From Mycoplasmatota bacterium (GTDB lineage: Bacteria > Bacillota_I > Bacilli_A > RF39 > UBA660): 64,000 bases of DNA. A program made the position numbers and the translations under genes. Within the stretch, counting starts at the first letter, position 1; the number at the start of each line of letters is the position of its first letter. Under the pieces are notes generated by a model, which was not told where the DNA came from, ran no database searches, and saw only the letters and a program-made list of their open reading frames with translations. The stretch covers positions 133,866 through 197,865 of the forward strand of contig JALFCF010000003.1 of NCBI GenBank assembly GCA_022771205.1, written 5' to 3'. Positions 10,305 through 20,402 of the stretch are shown piece after piece.

Positions 10305-10353
10305 TATTTTTTTAAAACAAGATATTAACATAACGATAATAAGAGGTGATATA

Positions 10354-11424
10354 ATGAATAACATAAAAATAGTAGCTTTAGATAACATCAAAGAAATTGG
10401 TCTAGAGGTAAACGTCAAATTAAATAAATTAAGAAAAACAAATAAAAATTATATTTTAGATATCAATGCCAGTAGATTTTCAAATGGTGAAGGTAAAGTC
10501 AAAATAGAAGAATCAATCAGAGAAAAAGACATTTATTTATTAGCAGACGTAGGAAATTATGGAATAACTTATAATATGCATGGATTTACTCATCATATGG
10601 CTCCTGATGAACATTTTCAAGATATCAAAAGAACAATATCAGCAATTTCAGGCTACTCAGAAAAAGTAACTTTAATCATGCCTTTACTATATCAATCAAG
10701 ACAACATAAAAGAAAAGGTAGAGAGTCAGCAGATTGTGCAATTGCTTTACAAGAACTACAAAATCTTGGAGTTGATCACATTATTACTTTTGATGCCCAT
10801 GACCCAACAATTTCTAACGCCATTCCGAATTTACCATTTGAAAATATTTATCCAACGAACACAATTTTAGAAGAGTTATTAACAAAAGAAGAATTAAAAA
10901 ACATTCTAGTAATTAGTCCAGATATGGGAGCAACAGAAAGAGCCAGATATTTTGCTGAAATGTTAGATACTAATGTTGGAGCATTTTATAAAAGACGAGA
11001 TTTGACTAAAGTAGTAAATGGGAAAAATCCTATTATAGAACATACCTACATGGGTCCTTCTGTAAAAGGATGCGATGTATTAATAGTAGATGATATGATA
11101 GCAAGTGGTACTTCAATGCTAGAAGTAGGAGAAAGATTAAAACATGATGGTGCAAGAAAAGTATTCTTTATTTCTACATTTTCCTTATTCACAGAAGGAA
11201 TAGATATGTTTGACACTGCCTATAAAAACCATTGCTTTGATAAACTATACACCACAAACTTGTCATATATTCCAGATGAATATAAGAAAAAAGAATGGCT
11301 AAGTACAGTAAATTGTTCAAATAACATCGCTGAAATAATCAATACATTACATGAAGGAACATCCCTTAAAGAGTTAAATAGCAAAGAAAAAATATTAACT
11401 TTAAGAAAGGAGAAAAATCTATGA
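10354..11424 (+). CDS. prs: Ribose-phosphate pyrophosphokinase (PRPP synthetase)
   Basis: RFSNGE, RQHKRKGRES, FDAHD, SPDMG, VDDMIASGTS motifs. Confidence 0.92.
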   Translation: MNNIKIVALDNIKEIGLEVNVKLNKLRKTNKNYILDINASRFSNGEGKVKIEESIREKDIYLLADVGNYGITYNMHGFTHHMAPDEHFQDIKRTISAISGYSEKVTLIMPLLYQSRQHKRKGRESADCAIALQELQNLGVDHIITFDAHDPTISNAIPNLPFENIYPTNTILEELLTKEELKNILVISPDMGATERARYFAEMLDTNVGAFYKRRDLTKVVNGKNPIIEHTYMGPSVKGCDVLIVDDMIASGTSMLEVGERLKHDGARKVFFISTFSLFTEGIDMFDTAYKNHCFDKLYTTNLSYIPDEYKKKEWLSTVNCSNNIAEIINTLHEGTSLKELNSKEKILTLRKEKNL

Positions 11425-12047
11425 AAATAGGTGTATTTGGAGGAAGTTTTAATCCACCACACAAAATGCATAAAAAAATCGCGAAAAATCTGATAAAAAA
11501 AGGTTATGTAGATAAAGTAATCTTTGTACCAACTGGAACTAAATACGAATACAAAACGAACTTAATATCAAATGAAAAAAGAGTAGCCATGTTATCACTA
11601 ATGATAGAAAAAGAAAAAAATATGTTAATTAGTAAATATGAATTACAAGAAAAAGCAATATATACATACGAAACTTTAAAACATTTAAGAAAAAAATATA
11701 AAAACGATGATATTTATTTCATATGTGGTACAGACAATTTAAGTTATATCGATAAATGGAAACACGGTAAAGAAATTCTAGAAAATTATAAAATATTGGT
11801 TATCAAAAGAAACACCGACAAGATTGCACCACTACTAGAAAAATATAAGCAATACAAGAAAAACATCATTGTTACAACAATAAAAGAAAATGCCATTTCA
11901 TCAACTAAAATAAGAACTTATTTAAATAAAAATAACAACTTAAAAGCTAGATTATATATTAATAAAACAGTTTATAACTATATTAAACAGAACAAATTAT
12001 ATAATCCTGAAAAAGAAAATATCTATTACATGATTAAAAGTTATTAA
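11421..12047 (+). CDS. nadD: Nicotinate-nucleotide adenylyltransferase
   Basis: GGSFNPPHKMH, ICGTD, ISSTKIR motifs. Confidence 0.92.
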   Translation: MKIGVFGGSFNPPHKMHKKIAKNLIKKGYVDKVIFVPTGTKYEYKTNLISNEKRVAMLSLMIEKEKNMLISKYELQEKAIYTYETLKHLRKKYKNDDIYFICGTDNLSYIDKWKHGKEILENYKILVIKRNTDKIAPLLEKYKQYKKNIIVTTIKENAISSTKIRTYLNKNNNLKARLYINKTVYNYIKQNKLYNPEKENIYYMIKSY

Positions 12048-12117
12048 AAATATGATAAAGTAGAATTAAATATAAAAAAATAGATATTTTAATAATAGAA
12101 AGTAAAGGAGAAAAAAC

Positions 12118-12591
12118 ATGGATTTTAAAGAAATAATACATATTTTACAAAAAGAAAGAAAAACAATTGCCACTATGGAGTCATGTACTGGAGGTGGTGT
12201 TGCTAATGCAATTACAAATTGTGAAGGAGCAAGTGAAGTATTAAAATTTAGTGCTGTTACTTATTCAAATGAATATAAAATAAAAATGGGTGTATCCAGT
12301 GAAGTCATCGACAAATTTACAGTTTATAGTATGGAAACAGCAGATGAGATGAGTAAAAATATTACTAAGTTTGCTAAAAGTGATTATGGTGTTGGCATTA
12401 CAGGACAATTAAATAGACAAGATCCTGCAAACCCAGTAGGAAAAGACAATGTTGTCTATGTTAGTATTTATGATAGTAAAAATAATAAATATTATAGAGA
12501 TACTATGGAAGTTCATAAAGAAAGTAGAAAGCTTAATAAAGAACATGTAATTGAAAGAATTATCGAAATGTTGCTAGAAATATTAAAATAG
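12118..12591 (+). CDS. pncC: CinA C-terminal domain / NMN deamidase (PncC)
   Basis: ESCTGG, GAS, YSN..K, GITG motifs. Confidence 0.85.
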   Translation: MDFKEIIHILQKERKTIATMESCTGGGVANAITNCEGASEVLKFSAVTYSNEYKIKMGVSSEVIDKFTVYSMETADEMSKNITKFAKSDYGVGITGQLNRQDPANPVGKDNVVYVSIYDSKNNKYYRDTMEVHKESRKLNKEHVIERIIEMLLEILK

Positions 12592-12636
12592 CGACATTTT
12601 TTCTAAAATATGTTATAATCAATCTATAAATAAGAG

Positions 12637-13476
12637 GTGATTAAGTTGAAGAAAGAATATAAAACAGAGGAAGAATTTTTAAAAGATTACAATCCAAAAG
12701 ATTTTGACCAATTATCAATGACTTCAGATATATTATTAATTAGCGTTTCAGATGAAGAAAGTAATAATTATCGCAAAACAAGTAAAAAAATGATGAGCAT
12801 CCTATTAGTAAAAAGAGATGATTACCCCTATAAAGGTAAATGGTGTCTACCAGGTGGTTTTTTAAATCCTAAAAAAGAAACCCTTGAAGATTGTGCTAAA
12901 AGAGTATTAAAAACAGAAACAAATCTATCTAATATTTACTTAGAACAATTATATACTTATGATGCAATAGATAGAGATCCAAGAACAAGAGTAGTATCAA
13001 CTTCTTATATTGCTTTAGTAGATAAAAACAAATTAACTGAAATGATTAACCCAAATGCATCTTGGTTTGATGTTGTACTTTTAGAAGAAAAAAATAATGT
13101 AGTAGACATTACATTAGATAATGGAAAAGATACAATCCATCTAGCAATCAAAAAAGAATTAAGAGAAAAAACAACTGACAGATATCGTTTTGTAGAAGTT
13201 AAAAATGATGCTTTAGCCTTTGATCACGCACTAGTTATATTAGCTGGCCTTGAACGATTAAAAAATAAACTTAACTATACTGATATCGTCTTTAATATGA
13301 TGCCAGAATACTTCACATTGGGTGAGTTACAACAAGTATATGAAGTAATACTAAATAAAAAGTTATTAGATCCAGCATTTAGAAGAATTATAGCTAGTAA
13401 AGTAACAAAAACTAAAAAGATGAAAACTGGAGAAGGACATCGTCCATCAGCATTATTTAAGTATAAAGGGAAATAG
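12637..13476 (+). CDS. nrtR: NrtR-family Nudix-wHTH transcriptional regulator
   Basis: WCLPGGF, degenerate Nudix box, EQLYTY...RDPR, LAFDH, FTLGELQ.VYE, FRR, HRPSALF. Confidence 0.9.
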   Translation: MIKLKKEYKTEEEFLKDYNPKDFDQLSMTSDILLISVSDEESNNYRKTSKKMMSILLVKRDDYPYKGKWCLPGGFLNPKKETLEDCAKRVLKTETNLSNIYLEQLYTYDAIDRDPRTRVVSTSYIALVDKNKLTEMINPNASWFDVVLLEEKNNVVDITLDNGKDTIHLAIKKELREKTTDRYRFVEVKNDALAFDHALVILAGLERLKNKLNYTDIVFNMMPEYFTLGELQQVYEVILNKKLLDPAFRRIIASKVTKTKKMKTGEGHRPSALFKYKGK

Positions 13477-14268
13477 ATGAAAAAAATAAGATTATTCGTA
13501 AATAATAACGAAAGATCATTAGAAGTTGCTAAAAACATTCAAGAAAAATTAGAAAAGAAAAATTTTCAAATTGTTGATGAAGATTACGAAATAGCCATTG
13601 CCATAGGTGGAGATGGTTCTTTTCTAAGAATGGTAAAAGAAGCTAATTTCAATGATAAATGTATTTATGTAGGAATTAATGCTGGAACATTAGGTTTTGC
13701 TCAAGAAATCAATCTAGATGAAATAAATGAATTTGTTAAAGTCTTAGAACGTGATGAATATAAAATAGAAGAAATTGGTATTGCTGAAATAGAAATAATC
13801 ACACCAGACAGCTGTTCAAAACAACTAGCATTAAATGAACTGGTCGTTAGGGATTTAGATTTAAATACAACAAACTTAAAAATAGAAGTGGAAAATAACT
13901 TACTAGAAAACTATGTAGGAGATGGTATTTTAATATCCACATCTTTTGGATCTACTGCTTACAATTTAAGCTTTGGTGGAAGCATTGTTTACAATACCTT
14001 TCATACATTACAAATAACGCCTATTGCTCCATTAAATAATAAAACTTACAGAAACCTATTAAACTCGGTTATTATTCCAAGTAACAAAGAAATTATAATT
14101 ACCCCAGAAAATAGGACTAAAGATTTATTAATTACTATCGATGGAGATAATAATGAATATAAAAAAGTTGAAAAAATTAGTGTAAAAGTAGAAGAGAGAA
14201 CAATTAAAGTATTTAGAAAAAAAGATTATAATTTTATTGATAAAATAAACAATAAATTTTTAAAATAA
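13477..14268 (+). CDS. ppnK: NAD kinase
   Basis: GGDG, GTLGF, LNE, GDG...GSTAYNLS.GG motifs. Confidence 0.92.
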   Translation: MKKIRLFVNNNERSLEVAKNIQEKLEKKNFQIVDEDYEIAIAIGGDGSFLRMVKEANFNDKCIYVGINAGTLGFAQEINLDEINEFVKVLERDEYKIEEIGIAEIEIITPDSCSKQLALNELVVRDLDLNTTNLKIEVENNLLENYVGDGILISTSFGSTAYNLSFGGSIVYNTFHTLQITPIAPLNNKTYRNLLNSVIIPSNKEIIITPENRTKDLLITIDGDNNEYKKVEKISVKVEERTIKVFRKKDYNFIDKINNKFLK

Positions 14269-14292
14269 ACAAAAGATTGAAAAGGGTGTATT

Positions 14293-14796
14293 ATGAAACA
14301 ACGTGGTTTTAAAGCTTTTAATAAAAATATGGAAAATCAATATGGTATAAAATTTGAAGAAGGAAAAATTTATACTATTCCAGAACATATTATATTAACC
14401 AAAGGTACTAAGGGTACAGGTTTTCATTACACTCCCAATTTAGAAGATACGCTACGCTATGTAGATGGTATGATTGAAGAAATCAAAATAGCTAGCGTAA
14501 CAGCCAGCAAAGAAATTATTAGCTTCGATGATGAATATAATGGTTATTTTGATATCAGTGCCGCAAGAGAGATATCAATCGATCATATATTATCAAGAGA
14601 AGAAATTATGACGTATATGCTAAATAGACATAGTTTAGCAATGAAAAGGTTTATTCAAGGATTTAAATTAACCCCAGAAGAAATAAAACAAATTAGAGAA
14701 AAATTTAACAACGATGTTGCAATTGATTTAGCAATTTCTTATTATCAAGAAAAAGATAAAGATGCCTACAAAAAATTTTATAAAAGAAAGAAATAA
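14293..14796 (+). CDS. Hypothetical protein (GFKAF...GFH domain, phage-like)
   Basis: GFKAFNKNM..YGIKFEEGK.Y...GFHY pattern recalls phage hypothetical proteins. Confidence 0.55.
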   Translation: MKQRGFKAFNKNMENQYGIKFEEGKIYTIPEHIILTKGTKGTGFHYTPNLEDTLRYVDGMIEEIKIASVTASKEIISFDDEYNGYFDISAAREISIDHILSREEIMTYMLNRHSLAMKRFIQGFKLTPEEIKQIREKFNNDVAIDLAISYYQEKDKDAYKKFYKRKK

Positions 14797-14834
14797 TTTA
14801 AAAGTAAAAATGAAATACTAATACTGGTGATACT

Positions 14835-15767
14835 ATGAAAATTAGATTAGGATACGCTTGTATTAGTGAAACACTAAATTCAAATTATAAGACATATACT
14901 TACAGCAACTTTATCAAAGATAAAAACAAAAAGAAGTTAGAGGATATTATTACCTCTAATCTTTTTCATTTACAAGAATTATTAAAATATAATAATAAAA
15001 ATAATATTCACTTCTTTAGAATCTCTTCAAATTTAATTCCTTTAGCAACAAAAAAAGAAGTAAACATTAATTACTATACTAAGTATAAATCTAACTATTT
15101 AGAGTTAGAACAAGAAATAAAAAAGAATAATATGAGAGTTGATTTTCATCCCAGTGAATATTGCGTATTAAATAGTACTAAAAAAGAAGTAGTAGAACAA
15201 AGCATCGACATACTAAAATATCACTATAATCTGCTTTGTTATTTAAAGGTAGAAAACCCACTATTAGTTTTACATATAGGAAGTAAAGAATTTGGAAAAG
15301 GAAAATCTTTAACAAGATTTGTAAATAATTTTAAAAAATTACCTAAAAACATTCAAAAAGTAATTGCTATCGAAAATGATGATAAATCATTTAATATAGA
15401 AGATTGTATAAATTTATCTAAAAAAATAGATATCCCTATAATACTAGATTATCACCATCATACTTGTAATCCTAGTAGACAAAATATCAAAGAACTTTTA
15501 CCCCAAATATTAAAAACTTGGAAGACTACACCAAAAATGCATTTTTCATCCCCTAAAAGCAAATTAAAAAAAGAATATCGTTCTCATAACGATTATATTA
15601 ATATAGATGAATTTATGTTGTTTTTAAATCTAATAAAAAAAGAACAAGTAGATATTGATATTATGATAGAAGCTAAGAAGAAAGATGAAGCTTTATTTAG
15701 ACTTGTAAGAGAACTAAAGTATAAAAGTGATGTAATCTTTCTAGATGAAACAACTTTTGTGGTATAA
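14835..15767 (+). CDS. uvsE: UV DNA damage endonuclease
   Basis: RLGYAC, FFRISSNL.P, H.GS, ENDD, LDYHHH, KMHFSS, HNDY, MIEAK.KD.AL. Confidence 0.92.
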   Translation: MKIRLGYACISETLNSNYKTYTYSNFIKDKNKKKLEDIITSNLFHLQELLKYNNKNNIHFFRISSNLIPLATKKEVNINYYTKYKSNYLELEQEIKKNNMRVDFHPSEYCVLNSTKKEVVEQSIDILKYHYNLLCYLKVENPLLVLHIGSKEFGKGKSLTRFVNNFKKLPKNIQKVIAIENDDKSFNIEDCINLSKKIDIPIILDYHHHTCNPSRQNIKELLPQILKTWKTTPKMHFSSPKSKLKKEYRSHNDYINIDEFMLFLNLIKKEQVDIDIMIEAKKKDEALFRLVRELKYKSDVIFLDETTFVV

Positions 15768-15790
15768 TACAGGAGAAAGGAAGAAGTAAA

Positions 15791-16507
15791 ATGAATCAAA
15801 AAATAGGTATTCTAGACTCAGGTATAGGTGGAACAACTGTATTAGCAGAGATAAAAAAATTGTTACCTAAAGAAGATTACATTTATTATGCAGATAATAA
15901 AAACAACCCTTATGGAGAAAAAACAGAAGAAGAGATTTATAAAATTGTAGATAATATCGTAAAATTTTTAATATATGATAAACATTGTAAAATGATAGTA
16001 ATCGCTTGCAATACAGCAACAACGCGTTGTATGAAACAATTAAAAGAAAAATATAAAGATATCCCCTTTGTAGGAACTGTTCCTGCTATTAAAGTTGCTT
16101 GCGACAATAATTATAAAAATACTCTAGTATTAGCAACACCAGCAACTATTGATTCTGAAAGAACCCACGAACTAATAAAAGAAAATAAAAAAATAGGTCA
16201 AGAAATAACTTTAATATCTTGTGATGGCCTTGCTAATGCTATAGAAACTAAAAATGAAGAAAAAATAAACGAAATATTAGAAAAAGTAAAGTATAAAACT
16301 AAAAATAAAAAGATAGATTCTATTGTTTTAGGATGTACGCATTACCCATTAATAAAAAAAGAAATTAATGAATTTTTTCCAAATACAATATTACTAGATG
16401 GTTCTTTAGGAGTTGCTAAACAAGTAAAAAGACTATTACACCAATATAATATAGAAAACCTAAACGGTACTGGTGAAGTAGAATTTATATATTCAAAAAA
16501 AAATTAA
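15791..16507 (+). CDS. murI: Glutamate racemase
   Basis: DSGIGG, PYGEK, ACNTA, LGCTHYP motifs. Confidence 0.95.
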   Translation: MNQKIGILDSGIGGTTVLAEIKKLLPKEDYIYYADNKNNPYGEKTEEEIYKIVDNIVKFLIYDKHCKMIVIACNTATTRCMKQLKEKYKDIPFVGTVPAIKVACDNNYKNTLVLATPATIDSERTHELIKENKKIGQEITLISCDGLANAIETKNEEKINEILEKVKYKTKNKKIDSIVLGCTHYPLIKKEINEFFPNTILLDGSLGVAKQVKRLLHQYNIENLNGTGEVEFIYSKKN

Positions 16508-16555
16508 AAATTTACTCTTTTAATTTTTTGTAATATAATTAATTAAGGTGATAAT

Positions 16556-17167
16556 ATGAATAATACAAAGTTCTATAGTGTAATAAGACCAATATTAAAA
16601 GGATTATTTAGAGTTTTTTTTCACCCAAATATTAAAGGAATAGATAACTTACCAAAAGAAAAAAATTATGTACTAGCTGGAAATCATACAAAGTGGCTAG
16701 ATCCATTAATGTTAATTGCTGTTGTACCAAAACAAGTACATTTTTTAGCAAAAGATTCTTTATTTAAAGGAGTTACAAAACCTTTTTTAAAAGGAGCTGC
16801 AGCAATACCAGTAAACCGCAAAATTCATGATCACCAAGCCTTAGACAGTGCAGTCAAAGCTTTAAATGAAGGCGATGTAATTGGAATTTTCCCAGAGGGA
16901 ACAATTAACCGAGAAAAGAAAACACCAACACTCCCATTCAAAATAGGAGCAGTAAAGATGGCTAATACCACATCACGCTTAATAGTTCCTTTTGTTATTA
17001 CAGGAAAATATAAATTATTTTCTTCTAAAATAACAATTGAATTTCTAGCACCAAGAAAAATTTCTGACAATTTAGATAAAGAAAACCAAAAGTTAAGAGA
17101 AGAAATAGATAAAAAGTTGGAGGACTATTATGAATGTAATCAATCTAATAAAACAAAAGATGATTAA
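16556..17167 (+). CDS. plsC: 1-acyl-sn-glycerol-3-phosphate acyltransferase (paralog 1)
   Basis: NH...D, FLAK, IFPEGT motifs. Confidence 0.88.
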   Translation: MNNTKFYSVIRPILKGLFRVFFHPNIKGIDNLPKEKNYVLAGNHTKWLDPLMLIAVVPKQVHFLAKDSLFKGVTKPFLKGAAAIPVNRKIHDHQALDSAVKALNEGDVIGIFPEGTINREKKTPTLPFKIGAVKMANTTSRLIVPFVITGKYKLFSSKITIEFLAPRKISDNLDKENQKLREEIDKKLEDYYECNQSNKTKDD

Positions 17168-18851
17168 AACACCATGGTCAAAATATTATAAAAAAGAGGA
17201 AAGAAAAATAAAAATAGAGGATATCTCAATCTATGAAATGTTAGAAAAAAGTAGTCAAGGAAGAGAAAAAAACATTGCTCTAAACTACTACGGAAAACAA
17301 ATAAACTACAAAGAATTTCTTCATAGAATAAATCAAGCAGCTAACGCTTTTCGCAGCCAAGGAATAAGAAGAGGAGATGTTGTAACAATATGTATGCCAA
17401 ATACTCCAGAAGCATTAATTTCTTTTTATGCTGTTAATAAAATTGGAGCCATAGCCAATATGATACATCCATTATCTGGAGAAAAAGAGATTAAAGAATA
17501 TTTAAATTCAACTCATAGTGTTATGTTGATTATGATAGATATTTGTTATGAAAAAGTAAAAAATATAATAAAAGAAACAGATGTATATAAAACTATAGTA
17601 ATATCAGCAAGTGATTCTATGAACTTCTTATTAGCTTTTGGATATCAAATAACTCAAGGGTATAAAATTCAAAAACCAAAAAGAAGTGAAGAATATGTAT
17701 ATTGGAAAGACTTTATTAGAAAAGGATTAAATTATCACGCTAAAGAAGATTATCATACAACTAAAGATACACCAGCAGTAATACTACACAGTGGTGGAAC
17801 AACAGGAAGTCCCAAAGGTATTATCCTAACAAATGGTAATTTTAACGCACTAACAGAACAAGCAAAGATTGCTTTTAAAGAAGTAAAACCAGGAGAAAAG
17901 GTTCTGTCAATCATGCCAATCTTCCACGGATTTGGGCTAGGAGTATCAATTAATGCTCCTCTTGATTTAGGCTGTGAAGTTATATTAATACCACAATTTA
18001 ATGCTAAAAAGTTTGATAAATTAATTGAAAAATATAAGCCAAATGTCTTGTTTGGAGTACCAACTTTATTTGAAGCTTTAATTAATACAAAAAATGAGCG
18101 ACTAAATTTAAGTATGGTCAAATATATAATCAGCGGTGGAGATAGTCTATCACCATCTCTGGAAAGAAGAATAAATGTTTATCTATCTAATCACGGAGCT
18201 AGTATTACAATTTCTCAAGGCTACGGCATGACAGAAGCCCTAGCTGCTGTTGCCTTATCATTTGGAAAAGCAAATAAATCTGGAAGTATCGGAATTCCTT
18301 TACCTGGAAATTATATGAAAATTGTAAAACCCGGAACTCAAGATGAAGTTCCATATGGAGAAGATGGAGAGATTTGTATTAGTGGACCTACTGTAATGGT
18401 AGGATACTTAGATAATGAAAAAGAAACAAACGAAATGTTACAAATTCACAAAGATGGTATGATTTGGTTACATACTGGAGATATGGGTATGATGGATGAA
18501 GACGGAGTAATCTATTATAAACAAAGATTAAAAAGAATGATTATTTCAAGTGGCTACAATGTTTACCCTGCTTATGTAGAACAAGTAATAGAAGAACATC
18601 CAGCAGTACTAAAATGTACAGTTGTTGGAATACCACATCCATACAAAATAGAAGTACCAAAAGCCTTTATAGTATTAAAAAATGGATATAATCCATTAAC
18701 CGTAAAGAAAAGTATTAAAGATCACTGTAAAAAGAATTTAGCTAAATATGCTATACCAGCAGACTTTGAATATCGTAAAAGTTTACCAAAAACTTTAATT
18801 GGAAAAGTTGATTTTAAAAAACTACAAGAAGAAAGTAGAGAACAAAAATGA
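17130..18851 (+). CDS. Long-chain fatty acid-CoA ligase (paralog 1)
   Basis: HSGGTTGSPKG, QGYGMTE, WLHTGD, GKVD adenylate-forming motifs. Confidence 0.88.
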   Translation: MNVINLIKQKMIKTPWSKYYKKEERKIKIEDISIYEMLEKSSQGREKNIALNYYGKQINYKEFLHRINQAANAFRSQGIRRGDVVTICMPNTPEALISFYAVNKIGAIANMIHPLSGEKEIKEYLNSTHSVMLIMIDICYEKVKNIIKETDVYKTIVISASDSMNFLLAFGYQITQGYKIQKPKRSEEYVYWKDFIRKGLNYHAKEDYHTTKDTPAVILHSGGTTGSPKGIILTNGNFNALTEQAKIAFKEVKPGEKVLSIMPIFHGFGLGVSINAPLDLGCEVILIPQFNAKKFDKLIEKYKPNVLFGVPTLFEALINTKNERLNLSMVKYIISGGDSLSPSLERRINVYLSNHGASITISQGYGMTEALAAVALSFGKANKSGSIGIPLPGNYMKIVKPGTQDEVPYGEDGEICISGPTVMVGYLDNEKETNEMLQIHKDGMIWLHTGDMGMMDEDGVIYYKQRLKRMIISSGYNVYPAYVEQVIEEHPAVLKCTVVGIPHPYKIEVPKAFIVLKNGYNPLTVKKSIKDHCKKNLAKYAIPADFEYRKSLPKTLIGKVDFKKLQEESREQK

Positions 18852-19453
18852 AAACAAAAGTAAAAGAAAAAATGTTGCCTTACAAAATATTAAAACCAAT
18901 TTTAGGTCCAATCTTTAGATTATATTACAACCCTAAAATAATAGGCAAAGAAAACATTCCCAAAGATGGTCCAATCTTAATTGTAGGAAATCACAAGCAT
19001 TTATACGATCAATGTCTAGCAATACTTGCAACTAAAAGACCAATTCATTATATGGCAAAAAAAGAATATTTTGATGGAAAAATGGCATGGTTTTTCAAAA
19101 TGGCTGGCTGCATTCCAGTGGATAGAAGCAAAAAAGATGAAAACGCAACAAAAAAAGCTCTAGAAGTTCTAAATAATGGTTTTGCCTTAGGACTATTTCC
19201 GGAAGGTACAAGAAACAAAACTAAAGAATTTTTATTGCCATTTAAATTTGGAACGGTGTCAATGGCTAAGAAAACTAATGCTACCATCGTACCATTTGGA
19301 TTAACTGGAGACTATAAATTCAGAAGTAAAAATTTAACAATTCGTTTCGGAAAACCATATAAAATTACAGAAGACTTAGAAACTGAAAATAAGAAGTTAG
19401 AACAAAAAGTTGCTGAATTAATGAAAGAAAGCTTAAAAAACAGTGGTAAATAG
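18848..19453 (+). CDS. plsC: 1-acyl-sn-glycerol-3-phosphate acyltransferase (paralog 2)
   Basis: NH...D, MAK, LFPEGTR motifs. Confidence 0.88.
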   Translation: MKTKVKEKMLPYKILKPILGPIFRLYYNPKIIGKENIPKDGPILIVGNHKHLYDQCLAILATKRPIHYMAKKEYFDGKMAWFFKMAGCIPVDRSKKDENATKKALEVLNNGFALGLFPEGTRNKTKEFLLPFKFGTVSMAKKTNATIVPFGLTGDYKFRSKNLTIRFGKPYKITEDLETENKKLEQKVAELMKESLKNSGK

Positions 19454-19461
19454 TGTCAAAT

Positions 19462-19494
19462 AAAGAAAGTTCCAACGATAGGAGCTTTCTTTTT
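19462..19494 (+). terminator. Rho-independent terminator
   Basis: AAAGAAAGTTCC...GGAGCTTTCTTT + T-run. Confidence 0.7.
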
Positions 19495-19519
19495 ATGTTA
19501 TTATGAAAATGGTGATAGT

Positions 19520-20371
19520 ATGGACAAGAAAAATATAATAGATGATTTTGGACAAGAAGATACTTATAAATTATATAGGACTGTATATGAAATTATTCAT
19601 CCAACCATATCAAAGAAAAATATATCAAACTATAAAATAATCCTGCAAGAAGACTTAATACCTTTAAGAGTATTTTACCCTAAAAAGATTTCTAAGTTAG
19701 AAAAAGCTATCATATATATTCCAGGAAGAGCTTGGGTAGTAAGCGGAATTAAAAGCTATAGTGATGTTTGTCAAGACTTGGTGAAAGAATTAGATACCAT
19801 TGTTATTGCCCTAGATTACGAGTTAAAAAATAAAGGCTATATGAAAATTGTACAAGATGGTTATGAAACAATTAAATATTTAGTAGATGGATTAAAAAGA
19901 GTAGGAATTGAACAAGAAAAAATAACAGTTATAGGTGATTCTACAGGAGCCAGCATTTTAGCTAATATTGCAATGATGGAAGAAAATCACATACCAAAAC
20001 AAATATTACTATATCCAGCTCTTGATTTAACATTCCAAGAAAATAATCCATCCCTTGAGCAAAACAATAAACTTGACTTATTAACACTACCACACTTAAA
20101 AACATTTGCGAAAAAATATATAAATGAAGATTATTCATCTCCATTAAATAGTAAAGATCACAAAACATGGCCTAATACATTAATCGTTACAGGTGACCTA
20201 GATCCAGTACGTGATGAAGGGATAAGGTTAGTAGCCATGTTAAAAGCAGAAAAAAAGAAAGCAAAAGAAATAAACCTAAAATTTGCAACTCATGGATTTT
20301 TAAATAATAAAGATGAAGAAACAATAGAAGAATGTATTAAAGAAATTCATAAATTTATCACAAAAAAGTAA
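19520..20371 (+). CDS. Alpha/beta hydrolase (HSL-like esterase/lipase)
   Basis: GDSTG nucleophile, GDLDP..DEG, HGF; the HGGG oxyanion motif is replaced by PGRA. Confidence 0.8.
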   Translation: MDKKNIIDDFGQEDTYKLYRTVYEIIHPTISKKNISNYKIILQEDLIPLRVFYPKKISKLEKAIIYIPGRAWVVSGIKSYSDVCQDLVKELDTIVIALDYELKNKGYMKIVQDGYETIKYLVDGLKRVGIEQEKITVIGDSTGASILANIAMMEENHIPKQILLYPALDLTFQENNPSLEQNNKLDLLTLPHLKTFAKKYINEDYSSPLNSKDHKTWPNTLIVTGDLDPVRDEGIRLVAMLKAEKKKAKEINLKFATHGFLNNKDEETIEECIKEIHKFITKK

Positions 20372-20402
20372 AGAAAATATGTTATAATAAGAAGGTGTAA
20401 AA

